NCBI RefSeq assembly: GCF_009914755.1
Contig: NC_060932.1
Length of the DNA stretch: 64,000 nt
Strand: one strand, 5' to 3'
Source: the human T2T-CHM13v2.0 reference genome, Homo sapiens
Shown: positions 41,516 to 59,355 of the stretch, piece after piece
Numbering within the stretch: the stretch's first letter is position 1
How the letters are laid out: the number at the start of each line of letters is the position of its first letter
The notes under the pieces: generated by a model
What the model was told of the DNA's origin: nothing
The model's input: the letters and a program-made list of their open reading frames with translations, nothing else
The model's database searches: none
Translations under genes and position numbers: made by a program

Positions 41516-41997
41516 AACCTACTTTAAAAGTAAATTTGTTCTAATGAGCATAATGAGAAACAAAGATTTTAAAAATAAACTAAATAATTAATGCCTAAGT
41601 AATTCCAGGTTAATTTTGTATACTCCAGTTCTTCCTATCAGGTATTTGTCATTCAGAGAGGTAATAGTATGAAAAGAATATTTTAGGAGTATATGAGAAT
41701 ATTGTATCTTTTTTTAGAATATGGTTGGCTAAAATATTTACATCTGCTCCTAAAATATTCCTGCATAAGCTTGCAGTGAGCCGAGATTGCACCACTGCAC
41801 TCCAGCCTGGGCGACAGAGCAAGACTCCGTCTCAAAAAAAAAAAAAACCTATATATATACATATATATGTATATATGTATTCCTGCATAATATTATCTTG
41901 GTGTTTATATTACCTGTGAAGCTGTAAGTATATTCTTTTATTTCTGTAACAATTTGACAATTGAAGAAAAGTATGTGTTGAATTTTTAGCATCTACT

Positions 41998-42027
41998 ACA
42001 CACACACGCACACACACACACACACAC
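41998..42027. repeat. (CA)n microsatellite
   Basis: CA units with one CG interruption, about 330 nt upstream of exon 7. Confidence 0.9.
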
Positions 42028-42355
42028 TACTGTTGTACTTTGTAATATCAAGACACTGATAAAAGTTTTGGTGTTGTATTGTTATGGATTAAGACAAAAA
42101 AATTAAAAGATGAGATGGAGGAGCTCTTTCTATTGTAGGATTATCTATTGTTTTCATGTTTGATCTGTAGTGAAGTATATTAGTGAAATAGAGAAACAGA
42201 ATGATGAATACTAAGCTATTCATAAAATTTCAGTAGTGTGTAATACTTGTAGTTTTGAAACAAAATCAGCTAATATCACCTTGACTTTTCCCCATCTTCC
42301 TATTAAAAAAAATTGTTTTAATTCTGGATTTATGTTTTCTAATTTTCTTTTCCAG

Positions 42356-42649
<294 letters not shown>

Positions 42650-43344
42650 TGAGTAAACGTGAGCTCTGGTTTAATTGTATGTACGTATGTGTGTTTGTGT
42701 CATTTTAAAACATAAATTTTAAATAAGAAAAAAAGGGGTCTTAGTTGAAACAAAGGCCAAGAAATTTAGAATTTATGCTGCTGCTTGGTCTTTATCTCCT
42801 AAGGATTACTGGCTTCTTTGTGAGTATAAATAATGATCATAATAGGTCAGATTGATACTACAGAATCAAAGTATAAGAAGAATAAATTGCTTCAGGCTCA
42901 TGCCAGAATAGTTAGCATAAATTATTGGTTTTGGTGAATTTAATGTGTTTATAACAGTATCTCAAAGTCACCATTGGTATTTTAATCTTTGTGAATTATT
43001 AAACTATTTTTGTTTTTCTTGAGATATGGTCTAGGTAGAGTGACCTAGTGTACAAAGTCAAAAAAAAACCTTCATTTTTAGTTTAAACCCTGCCAGAAAC
43101 GAATACTGTGACTTTGAGTGAGTCACATTATCTTTCTAATCTTCAGTTTCCCATATGAAAAAAGAAGAATGGATATATACATGCCTTTTGTTCCAGAAAT
43201 TTTACTTCTAAGACTTTATCCTGTTAAAGTCTTTTTTTTAATTTAAAACTTTTATGATTAATAGTTTATAAGTTTTCTATCGAGGCAGTGGTCCTACTAA
43301 AAACTTCATATTTCTGTAACTATTTTGTTGTTTATAAAGTATGA

Positions 43345-43790
43345 CTATAAATTAATAGGACTTTGAAAATAAACATGCCAGAACAAACATATCCAAATGA
43401 GTATTGTCCCTTCAAAGTAGTTACCTTGGGAGGCTACACACCTATTCCAACAATGCTGTCCTTGTTCAAAAACATTTTTGGAACTCCTCTTTTGGCATTG
43501 CCTTCAGAGTCTGCGACACATTCTTTTGATTATCCTCAATGATGGGAAATCTTCGTCCTTTGAGGGTGGATTTGATTTTTGGACAGCCAAAAGTCATTCG
43601 GAGTCAAGACTGATAAATAAGGTGAGTGATCAAGCTAGATGATACCATTTGGGGTCAGAAACAAGGTATGATTATAAGGTAATGAGACTGGTTTTTCTCG
43701 TGTTGCTGATACAATGGCTCTGGAGGCACTTCCAAAAGAGGAGTTCCAAAAACGTTTTGAGTAATGGCAGCATCTCTGGATTAATTATAT
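43345..43790. mobile_element. MARNA-like non-autonomous mariner derivative
   Basis: cccttcaaagtagttaccttgggaggct...cagccaaaagtcattcggagtcaa... with long internal inverted repeats. Confidence 0.65.
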
Positions 43791-44731
43791 GGTAAGGCAA
43801 CAAGTTGTGCTGAAAAGAACACAAAGCAAGGAGTCAGTCTAGTCCTGCTTCACTTTTAAGTGTGTCACATTTAACAAGATACTTCTCTGAGCCTCATCTT
43901 TAAAATATCTGTCATATGGGGTTGTTGAAGATAAGTTGGAATAAGGAAAATGGATATTAAAGTGTTGTTCAAAATATAAATTACTATAATAATACAGATT
44001 TTACTGTTATTGTACCTGATGTGATAATATCAAAGGACCACACTCATCTGATAAAAAGGTCTGGTGTGTTTGTAGCTGGTGGTTTCTTAAGTCTCATTAC
44101 TTTATAGTTATACCTTGTATATGCAGTTGGGGAGATAAGTTTCAAAGATGGCCAAAATATAATTAATATTTACTCTATTTAAAAGTAAACTATGGAATGG
44201 CGCATCTCATTTAAATCCGATTTGGGTCAGTCATTTTAGTGTGTCCTCCAGTGACTTGTCTATTTTAAAAAGCATGTCTTTAACTTAAGTTCTGTCCTAG
44301 TCTTATGTTTTCATTTAACTTAGCATTCTTCTCTGAGCCTTATCTGTCCTACAATGCTCTGCTTCTCCCTAAGTTCATTTGTTATTTCCTTTTTCCTGAT
44401 ATTTCCAGTATATTAGCAACTTAGGTTTTATTCTTATTTATTCTCTTATCAATGGTGTGGACTGTTTGTGTTGTTAAACGTCTTCAAGGACTCTTGTGGC
44501 CCTAGATCTCCTATTTGTAATGAAGGTGTTTCTTTCTCACTTTCTTTTTTAACTTCATCAAAAAGAGTATCTATTGATTGCTCAATGGATTTATCAGTGT
44601 GCCAAGCTGAAACACGCCACCTAAGTCAGCAGGCACTATACAGCTCACTCACTGCTAGCTTGTTTTTTGTCTCAATCTAACCTGGTTTTGTTCTTGATTA
44701 TTTCTTTAGCAAACTTTTAACATCACAGTCC

Positions 44732-46042
<1,311 letters not shown>

Positions 46043-47132
46043 TAGTTCCACTAGTTACACGAAAGACCTTTAATCATGATTTTTAAAGATTCTTATTCTT
46101 GTTTTCTTCTGTCCACTGGGAACACACCCAAAAGCAGTTTTATAAGCTCTTGTTTCCAGTCATTCACTGTTGAGACTCACCTCCCACTTCTTTTTCCTGG
46201 GTAGAAATTGAGGGAGTTGTTGAATAATGATATATGACATATTTACCTAAACTAAATAAAATACATACACGTGAAAATAATGGAACATGTACATCATAGC
46301 CAGTGTTAGGCTTTTTAAGTGCTAGAAACTATATTTTAATTTATTTTCTTAATAATATATGGTGTACATTTTAGACATTCAATAACTTAAATTTTAAGAA
46401 CACTAGATTATCCTGTAGCAAAGAAACAGGAATGAGGACGTGACCTATATCTGTCATTTCTGGAGAACTGTTACACCCTGTTTTATTTTATGACCACAGA
46501 ATAATTAAGAGAATAGTGCAAACAACATTGCTGGTGATAAAGGCTAAGGAATTGGATTTTAAGACTTTCAAAATATAAAGAAAATCAGTTTGGCATCAAA
46601 GTATGTGTGCGACTATCTGAATGGTTAATATTAAACATAGCATGCTGGCAATACACTGCTGTGTATTGGAGAAATCGGCAATTTTAAAATCCGCTATATT
46701 GAATACAGAGATGACTTAATCTAATTTTGAACATTTAATTGTAAATTGCTCCAAGTTTGCCATTTGTATCTTCCAGTATGAGTTGATAACTGCAATATAT
46801 AAACTCCCAGAGAGTGTATACAATCTTTGACTCTGGCTAATGACTAGCAAAACAGGCTGTGTCCATTTAATGAGTAATTTTTGCCTTCAAAGGAGAGTTG
46901 TAATTATAACCATTTGGCCTATAAAAGGAAATTATGGGGAAATTTTCCTCACGTGGATCTTGAGGTTTATATAGATAGTTACTGTGCAGTGACTCCAAAG
47001 TTTCAGTTTCTTTTGTACTTTTATTATATGAGCTCTTCAGGTAACTTTGTTCCTTGGAATAATTCTTAAGAGAATGAACTGAATAAAAGGCTTTAAAATT
47101 TTCCATCTGCCCTTTACCTAGTCAAGTCCTGA

Positions 47133-47411
<279 letters not shown>

Positions 47412-47511
47412 TGACTGAGCATACCTTATATTTGCATGAGCCCCTCCATGATTCAGAAATGTTTTCTAATTTTGTTTGTTCTCTACATAGATTTTTTTTT
47501 TTTTTTTCTGA

Positions 47512-47631
<120 letters not shown>

Positions 47632-48361
47632 TAGGCACGTGCCACTGCACCCGGCTAATTTTTGCATTTTAGTAGAGACAGGGTTTCACCATATTGGCCA
47701 GGCTGGTCTCAAACTCCTGACCTTAAGTGATCCGCCCTCCTCAGCCTCCCAAAGTGCTGGGATTACAGGTGTGAGCCACCGTGCCCAGCCTCTACATAGA
47801 TTTGTAAATGGCATGTAATTGGTTCTTAAATTTTAATATATTATGGTTTTTTTATTGTAAATATCAATTTAAAGTAGCTGACCTACTATGATCAAGATGT
47901 TAAAATAACATAGTTACTTGTCATTCCCTCAGATTTCTTCAGTACTGAAGAGATTTAAACAGAATTTATTGTCCTTACAATTTTATTTGTACAGCTACTC
48001 AAATTAGCTAAGCCTGTTGGACGTAGGCCTGTTGGCTTAACTTTGTAAAGTGGGAAAAAAATTTTCTCACGTGTGTATCAGTGTGGGAAGAAGCTCTGAA
48101 CAGCAATCCGGTAAAATCAAGTAATTAGGCAATAGATCTTCAAAGACTCCAGACTTTTACTGGAGCAAGTAATCTACCCAAATTCTTTTTAAACCTGAAA
48201 GTTTACATTTATGCTACTTTTTATAGCTATTCTTACTAACATAATGATAAATAATTTTTGCTTATGCTTACTTAACATGTGTGTTTATTTAGATATCCAC
48301 ATTATTTTAGAGAAAGTACCTCATTAATCGCGTAAATTTTGGATTATTTTGTCTTACTTAG

Positions 48362-48433
48362 TCACAGAGATGCTGGTAAATGTGCTCAACATATGCTCTG
48401 ATGACGAACTGATTTCTGATGATGAAGCAGAAG
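48362..48433 (+). CDS. PPP3CC: PPP3CC exon 10 (72 nt): (V)TEMLVNVLNICSDDELISDDEAE
   Basis: cttag| and |gtaaac. End of the CnB-binding helix. Confidence 0.96.
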
Positions 48434-49247
48434 GTAAACTTTTCCTCCTTTGAACTAAAACTAGAAAGAGGTTTGGTTTTGGTTTTAGTTGTTTTAGTTT
48501 ATTTTGAATGATTTTCTTTGTCTTATTAAAAATAAAGTTAGTTCATTGTAGAAAAATAAAATTTGAAAAATACGAGAAACCATAAATAAGGAAAAAAAGT
48601 CACCCATAATCCCATCATCTTATAGATATCCACAGTTAACATCTTAATGTATACTGTGTTAATTGTCTTTTATCTTTGCACATAGCTTTCCTCTGTAGTA
48701 CACTATTTTTGTGGAGTTTCTTTGTAGACTAGTTTCTAATGGATCTGTAGTTGTCCATGTTGATCAGTGTTGTAACTAATCCCGGTGGTGTTGGTTATTG
48801 GAGTTTTTCCCAAGTTTTTGCTGACAAAACCCATATAGTTTTGAACATTTGTTTAGATAAAAATGTGCACATTCTCTTAACCAATATTTATTACATGCTT
48901 GATATATACCAAGTACTGTATTGTTTAGGTCCTTGCTCTCAATAAGCTTATTTGCTAGTGTAGGGAGGAAAAACAGTAAATAAATATGTCAGATGAAAGG
49001 AAGTAAAGCAATATTAGAAAATCAGGAATAACACTTCTTGATTATTTCCATAGGATGAATTTGTAGAAATTGAATATCTGTGTCAATTAGTACTTAAAAT
49101 TACAATTCTGATACAGATAGAAATTTCTGATACAGCCTCTAGAAAGGCTGTACCACTTTACATTTTGCAGGATGCATAGTCACAGTGCTGTCTCCAATAC
49201 TGTTTATGATACTTGTTATAGTCTGGTGTTACTAAGTTTTTAATTAA

Positions 49248-49523
<276 letters not shown>

Positions 49524-50048
49524 TAGATGGGGTTTCGCCATGTTGCCCAGGCTAGTCTGGAACTCCTGAGCTCAAAGTGGTCTGCCTGCCTCGGTCTCCC
49601 AAAGAGCTGGGATTAACAAGCATGAGCCACCATGCCCAGCCCCATTTTGATTTTTTTCTTATTGGTGTGTGAGGGATCTTTTTATACAGTAACATTTTAT
49701 TATATATGTAGCCAAGTACTTTTTTTCCTAGTGTGCTGTGGGAGGTTTGATTATAAAGGTAGGTCCTGACTTGTCTGACAATGCAAGAGATTCTGGAAAA
49801 GTGGTGGTCATCCAAGCACAAACCGGCCTCATCCTATCCAGGCTCTGTGCTAAGGTGGTTCCCTTAACTGTGAGGATAAACCATCTCCATCGTGGAGAAA
49901 ACACAACTCCCTTTGGGAATCTAGAGGAAATTACCATACACTCTCATGCTTCAGGTTCTGCACTCATGCTTCAGGTTCCGCACTGAAGATCAACAGCATA
50001 TGCAAGATAGCTTGCGAGTGTTTTTATTTATGGTATAGGAGATGACTA

Positions 50049-50339
<291 letters not shown>

Positions 50340-50361
50340 CTATTCTTTCCCACCACAAACA

Positions 50362-50392
<31 letters not shown>

Positions 50393-50429
50393 AAATGAAA
50401 AGGAAGAATGGGCCGGGCATAGTGGCTCA

Positions 50430-50687
<258 letters not shown>

Positions 50688-51159
50688 TCAAAAAAAAAAA
50701 AAAAAAAAAAAAAAGGAAGAACAATTATATCCCCTGAAAGAGAAGCTATAGAATCCATTAAACAAAAAAACATACTATTCCTGTGAAGAGATTTGTAAAC
50801 TGTTCTGTCCTCCGTTTTTGTTCCTTGTTTTTGGCATCATTTATTCTGCAAATAATATCTTTGTTTAATGTTATTTTCATGATCTGTGGGGTTAGAAAAT
50901 ATTGGATGCTCATAGATGTGAATTAATGTAAAACCATAAACTTTTAAGAAATGGAAGAAACTACTGACAAAATAAATTTGCAATTTAATGTTGTATCATG
51001 ATTCCAAGGATATCTCTTATGAGCTGGTAAAGATAATAGCCTGTTTCTCTCATTGCATTTCACTTTGATTTTTTTTTCTCTTTTCCATGTAAACATAAAT
51101 TTCTCTTCTCATATTTCTGTCTTCATCTCCTTGTTTCTTGGTGTTTCTTCTCCCTGAAG

Positions 51160-51186
51160 ATCACTACATTCCAAGCTATCAGAAAG
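51160..51186 (+). CDS. PPP3CC: PPP3CC alternative 27-nt microexon: (D)HYIPSYQK
   Basis: Long pyrimidine tract (~51060-51155), aag| acceptor, AAG|gtatcc donor. Symmetric phase 1/1 with no stop. Consistent with a recalled longer PPP3CC isoform carrying a 9-aa insert. Confidence 0.8.
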
Positions 51187-52082
51187 GTATCCGACTAAAC
51201 TGTGCTAAGAGCTTAATGCTTACTCTCTGTCCCACCATAGTCTATTGGTTAGACTTAAAATTGGTAGTTGAATAATTTCAGAAAGGCTCTCCATCCGCCC
51301 CTTCAGTTTTAATGTATATGTTTTCTCTGGACCTGTTGCGTGATCTGGCAGGGTGCTGAGGGTTGGATGTGAGGAAGGAGAGGCCATGTTTCTTTTTCTG
51401 ACTTTTGACTGTAGTCACCTGGTGCATGCTGGACCTTGGCTTCTCATGTGTGGGCTATTTTCAGAATCTTAGATAAGAAAAAGCCATAAAGTCTTAAGTT
51501 AACTTTTTCTGTTGTTGCTTTTTAAAATAGTGCACAGTTGTAAGTAGTATCGTGAGGCAATAACTCACTAATATAAGTGAAGCTTATAGAATGAAAGCAG
51601 CCCTCACTAAGTTCAGGAGAGCTAGCTGGGTGTTGTGTTTACATACAGAAGACAGCTGCTGGAATGATCACTTGCCATTTGGCAGGCCGAACCCTGCACC
51701 CTAAGGTGGCCCACAGCATTATCAAAAGACATCTTTGCTGTAGCAGCTTTCTTTGTGAGGTTTGTTTATGTATGTGTGTGTTTTATTCTTTGCTGTGCTC
51801 TACGTTTCACAACCACAAATAAGTTCCTACCTCTCATAGATCCACCCAGTCTGTCTTTTTTGTGGCCTCTCATTTTTTACTTCATCTTTTTATCTTCTGA
51901 GTCATTTTTTCTCTTGCTCCTTAGAACTTCCTGAGATTTTTGTTTGTTTAAACAAACTTAAGCCTTCATTTCTGTTTTTTAAAAACAATTGTTTCTTTAA
52001 CTTAAGACACTTCATCCTGAATTTTTTAAAGGCAGCCTATTAACACATCCCTTTAACTTACTTATTCTTTGTATTCTCTAAG

Positions 52083-52164
52083 GAAGCACTACAGTTCGTA
52101 AGGAGATCATCAGGAATAAGATCAGAGCCATTGGGAAGATGGCACGGGTCTTTTCAATTCTTCG
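52083..52164 (+). CDS. PPP3CC: PPP3CC exon 11 (82 nt): (G)STTVRKEIIRNKIRAIGKMARVFSIL, calmodulin-binding helix
   Basis: ctaag| and |gtaagg. Matches the calcineurin CaM-binding motif. Confidence 0.96.
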
Positions 52165-52354
52165 GTAAGGATGTCTGTCATTACAGTGCGGATTAAAGGC
52201 ATTTTGAGAGTAAATTAGACGTCGAATTCAGAACAGTTTTTTTAGAATTGGAATGTAGTATTGAAACTGCAGGTCTTTAGGTTGAGTGCAAATTCAATGA
52301 ACATGTTTAAGCGACTAAAAATGTTCCAGCAAACATTGATTTGTTAGTAGCTTA

Positions 52355-52575
52355 GATGTAGTGAATGTAGTGGTTTAGTGTGGACTTTCCAACCCGATTG
52401 CCTGTGTTCAAATTCTGGCTCTACCTCTTCTTACCTGTGTGATCTTGGGTTTCATCTCTGTGCCTTAGTTTCCTTGCCTGTAAAGTAATAATAGGCCCTA
52501 GCGCACAGGTTGTTAGGTGTATTAAATGGGATACAATATGGGAAATGTTAGAACAGTGCCTGGCTGTTAAACACT
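52355..52575 (+). mobile_element. MIR
   Basis: gttcaaattctggctctacctcttcttacctgtgtgatcttggg...ctctgtgccttagtttcc core. Other MIR-like pieces at ~27385-27780, ~31690-31830 and ~43030-43160. Confidence 0.65.
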
Positions 52576-52778
52576 TCTAATTGAAAAACAAGAACTGGCT
52601 GATTGTTTAAAATGAAAATATTTGTGGAAAACATCCCTTTCTTTGAGTCAGGGAAGGCGTAGGAGGTAGGAGAACCTATCTTCCATCTCTGCTGTCTTTC
52701 TTCACTTCCTTCAATATCTTTAAGTTGCTGAATGGAGAGTTCTCGGGCATTAACCCAGGGTTTGGTCTCCCTTTGCAG

Positions 52779-52876
52779 GCAAGAAAGTGAGAGTGTGCTG
52801 ACTCTCAAGGGCCTGACTCCCACAGGCACACTCCCTCTGGGCGTCCTCTCAGGAGGCAAGCAGACTATCGAGACAG
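52779..52876 (+). CDS. PPP3CC: PPP3CC exon 12 (98 nt): (R)[32 protein letters not shown]
   Basis: tgcag| and |gtgagt. Lies within ORF 52732..53043. Confidence 0.96.
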
Positions 52877-53044
52877 GTGAGTATGAGAGTGCTCCTCCAT
52901 GGAAGGTGTGCTCCCGTTACCTAACAGTCAGCACACACTTACAAATGGGGGCTTTCCTCAGAAAATGCCACGAGAGCAGTTGGTTATACCATAAGCGGGG
53001 AAATGAATCTTCACCCCTACTTCCCTCCATACAGAAAACCTAAA

Positions 53045-54985
<1,941 letters not shown>

Positions 54986-55424
54986 ACAGTTTGAGGGGGT
55001 TGCAGTTTCTCAATCAGAGAGGGAGTTTGCCTCTTTCCCTGCAGCCATATTCTATTCCAGTGCCAAAATCACCTCTTCAATCAGAGTACCAATTCTGAAA
55101 TTTACCCAGGAGCTGACTTCTTAGGAAAGGGCTTTCTGGAATCCCGGAATGAAAAGGTTGATGTTCGTGAGAATAAACATGCAAGGGGAAGAGACAGGAG
55201 ATCATATTACTGGGTGACTAACACTAGGTATGAAAATTGGTATTGAAGCATTAATATCTTAAACTAAAGTTTAACTGCTTTTTTTGCTCCCCTTGTTTTG
55301 TTGAATTGTTTCTATTTAGTTTTTTTCCCACCTCATCGTTCATCTGGCCTTTTTTCTTTTTCTTTTTTTTTCCCAAGAGACAGAGTTGCCCAGGCTAGAA
55401 TGTAATGGCTAGGTACTGTCATAG

Positions 55425-55932
<508 letters not shown>

Positions 55933-56924
55933 TAGAATACTGAGATATTAGAGTTCAGCTATTTAGAAGGAAGTCTGAACATTTTCTCTTTGGAAGTATA
56001 GTTTATTTTCCTAGTTCCTTTAGTTTCACAGAAAGTATCAGTAAACTATTTCCGATTGAATATTTTTCTCAAATAAATGTGCAGTTTTTTGTGAGCAGAA
56101 TATGTTCCCACCATTGCTTTGCTTGGTAATTAGTCATCTGAGATATTCCGAGAGCAACTCTGACAACAAAGATAGAGTAATAGGCAGTAACATGAGTTAA
56201 GAGAAAAAAAGGAATGTCCTATAGCATCCTTAGGTAAACATTATGAAAATTTGCTGATCCACAAAATTGTTTTAATTGAAACCAACTTTGTCTAAACCTT
56301 GAGAAAGCAAATCTGCAAATCAGGGCTGAGCAACAGAATTATATAGCTATGTTATTTGGAAATTTGTTTCTAATTCTTGGTCACCTTTTGGGCTCAGCCC
56401 CAAAGTATGAGTTGAATATGAGTGTTTTAATCAAGATAGGACCATTGATTGATACTTCCAAAGTTGATAGAAATCTTCAGTAATGTGTGAGAACAAAGGT
56501 AAAGTTGGAGCCAACTTTTTAGAGTTTCTTATTCTTATTGATTCACAGGAAGTGAGTTTATTTTGTTATTTTCACATTGGAGTCTCAGTTCCACCAGCTC
56601 ATTGGCTAACTGGAGCATTAACTAAAAAAGACCTTTTATTGTTCATATAACTTAACTTGGAGAGCTTTCAACCAACAGTATCCCATATGGCCATGTAACA
56701 TACATTCATGTATGTCTCACCTTGATCTAAGAGGGATTGGCGTGAGTTACAGTATACATGAAACATAGTGGAGTAAAATAAATATGCTTGGAAATTGAAG
56801 CACAAAGGTAAATAAAAATAAAGCCAATAGCCACAAATTTGACTCTAAGCATCCCAGTAGCCAAAATAGTGGGGAAAGCCAAGGACAGGACAAGATTCAC
56901 AAAGACCATCAGATTAAAACAGAT

Positions 56925-57950
56925 CAGTTATAAATTGGACTACATCAAAATTAAAAACTCTGTACTGCAAATGGTACTATCAAGAAAATGAAAAGACATC
57001 CCACAGAATGGTTGAAAATGTTTTCAAATCATATATCTCCTAAGAGATTGGTATCTAGAAAATATACTCTTACAACTGAATAAGAAGACAACCCAGTTAA
57101 AAATGGGTAAAGAATTGAATTGACATTTTTCCCATGAAGACATACAAATGGCACATGAAATGATGTTTGACATCATTAGACATTCAGAAAATGCTAATCA
57201 AAACCACAATGGGATACCACTTCACAGTCAGTAGGATGGCTGTGAAAAGACAGCAGTTAATAAGGAGTGTTGATGAGAATGTGGAGAAATTGGGACCTTC
57301 TTAACACTGCTGGTGGAAATGTAAAATGGTACAGCTGCTTTGGAAAACATTCTGACAGGTCTTCAAATGATTAAACATAGAATTGACTTATTACTCAGCA
57401 ATTCCAGTCATAGCTACATACCCCACAAAGAAATGAAAATATGTCCTCGCAAAAACTTGTACACAAATGTTCATAAATGGCATTCAACATAATAGCCAAA
57501 AAGCAGAAAAAAGCAATTGTCCATAAACTGGATAAACAAAATGTGGTAAACGCAATGGAATACTATTCAGCCATAAAAAGGAATTAAATGCAGGTATACA
57601 TGTCAACATGACTGAACCTTGAAAACATTATGCTAAGTGAAAGAAGTCAGTCATTACAGACCACATATTATATGATGCCACTCATTTGAAATGTCCAGAA
57701 CAGACCAATCTAGAGAGAAAGTAGATTCGTGTTCAACCAGGATTAAGGGGAAGAGGTGAGGGAAGGAAATGGGAAGTGAGTGCTAATAAGTGGGGGATTT
57801 CTCATTGGGGCAATGAAAATATTCTAAGCACAGATTGTGGTGATGGTTGCACAACTCTACTATATTAAAACCATTGACTTGTATACTTTAAACAAGTGAG
57901 TTTTGTGGTATATGAATTCTATTTCAGTTAAGATGTTAAAAAGGAAAACA
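56925..57950 (+). mobile_element. Old L1 (L1MB-like) 3' portion
   Basis: ttggactacatcaaaattaaaaac...aatggaatactattcagccataaaaagg...gtggtgatggttgcacaact. Confidence 0.75.
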
Positions 57951-59325
57951 AAAGTTCGGGTCATTTGATATGACTGTTTCTTATAATGGCCCTTACTGCA
58001 GGCTGCTATCTTTATACCCAATGTGAATAGCAATTCTGGGAGGGCCCCAAACAAGGTAATATCATACACATTTTACCGTGTAGCTTTTAAGCTCTAATTA
58101 GACCAACACTCAGTGTAGAGTTTCAGCAATGCTTTGTTCTCCCACTTCCTAACAGTTACATCAGTGATGTGCTGTGAGAAGGCACTGTAGCTTTCTTGTC
58201 AAGGGTATTTGTTCTACTTAAGGAGATTAGAGAGGGTGTGACAGTGATTTAATACATGCCTGCCTATGGTTGACAAATGAAAGCACTTCATAAGTAGATT
58301 TCAGTTATCCATTTTTCACATTCCATTAGGTAGTTAATGTAGTTCTTTCAGTTTCTCTTCTCATATTGATATATAAAGCCTTGGGAATAGCAGCAAACTG
58401 TTACTGCTCATTATTCTTCACTGCCTTCTTTTGGCAAATTGGTACTGGAGTAACTGACAGGGTTCTCCTAATAGGATCTTTCTTGTGGCACCCTGTACCT
58501 TTTCATATATTAGCGTTTTTACTGTCTGAGAAAGGAGATGCAAGGAAGTTTACCTGTTGGTACTAATTTTTAAGTTGCTTCCTTTTCCATTGCTAAGAAA
58601 GAAGAGGGCTTTCTTAGTTACTGGCCAACTCTCTTGAACACTGTATGGAAGCCATATGGATTGGAAACATTAGCCTCTGCTATATTTTTATAGCAGATGG
58701 GTACACACATTTGCATTAGGAATTCAATAGTTCTATGCTTTTGTTAGCTTTGTACTCCACTCCTGGACAAGAAATAACCCTTCACATGGAACCTATTTTT
58801 CTCTCCTTCCAAATGCCAGTCTGCTGTTCAAAGGCCACTCTTTTTTTTTTAAATGAAGTAATTAATAGGGCAGTTGGACTCCAAATAAGTCACTTGAGAG
58901 CAGTAAGATGTAGTTGTAAATAAGCTTTTTGAATAGGACCCAGCAGTAGCTCATTTAATATCACCTGAGATATTTTACAAACTAAGGATTGTTGTGATGT
59001 CAAACTATTTGATTCTACATGTTGTTTCGATACGTGGATATCAAGATATAAAGTAGCAGTTGGCTACCTAAAATGAAAAGAGCAATGTTCCATGGCACCT
59101 GAAATGTTAAAAATATTAGAAACTCTCCCCACCCCATATTCCTCCCACCCCAATTGAGTCTCTCGCAATAATCTTCTCGCTTCTCTAACTAGTTGACTTT
59201 CATTATGGATGGGGATAGGCTAAAAAACGGGCCCCTGGGATGGCTGTGCTGCCATCAGTGCTGTTGGTTTACTCACTCTTTTTCTGTCTTCGTTTTTGCA
59301 TGCTACTGCTCCTGCCCTCTTACAG

Positions 59326-59355
59326 CCACAGTAGAAGCGGTAGAGGCCCGGGAAG
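59326..59355 (+). CDS. PPP3CC: PPP3CC exon 13, 30-nt cassette microexon: (A)TVEAVEARE
   Basis: tacag| and |gtatgg. Symmetric phase 1/1. Homologous to the ATVEAIEA.. cassette exon of PPP3CA/PPP3CB. Confidence 0.93.

Noticed and set aside
49738-49986. 82-aa ORF as a possible pseudogene fragment
   Set aside because: No recognisable homology, non-ATG start, and no poly(A)/TSD.
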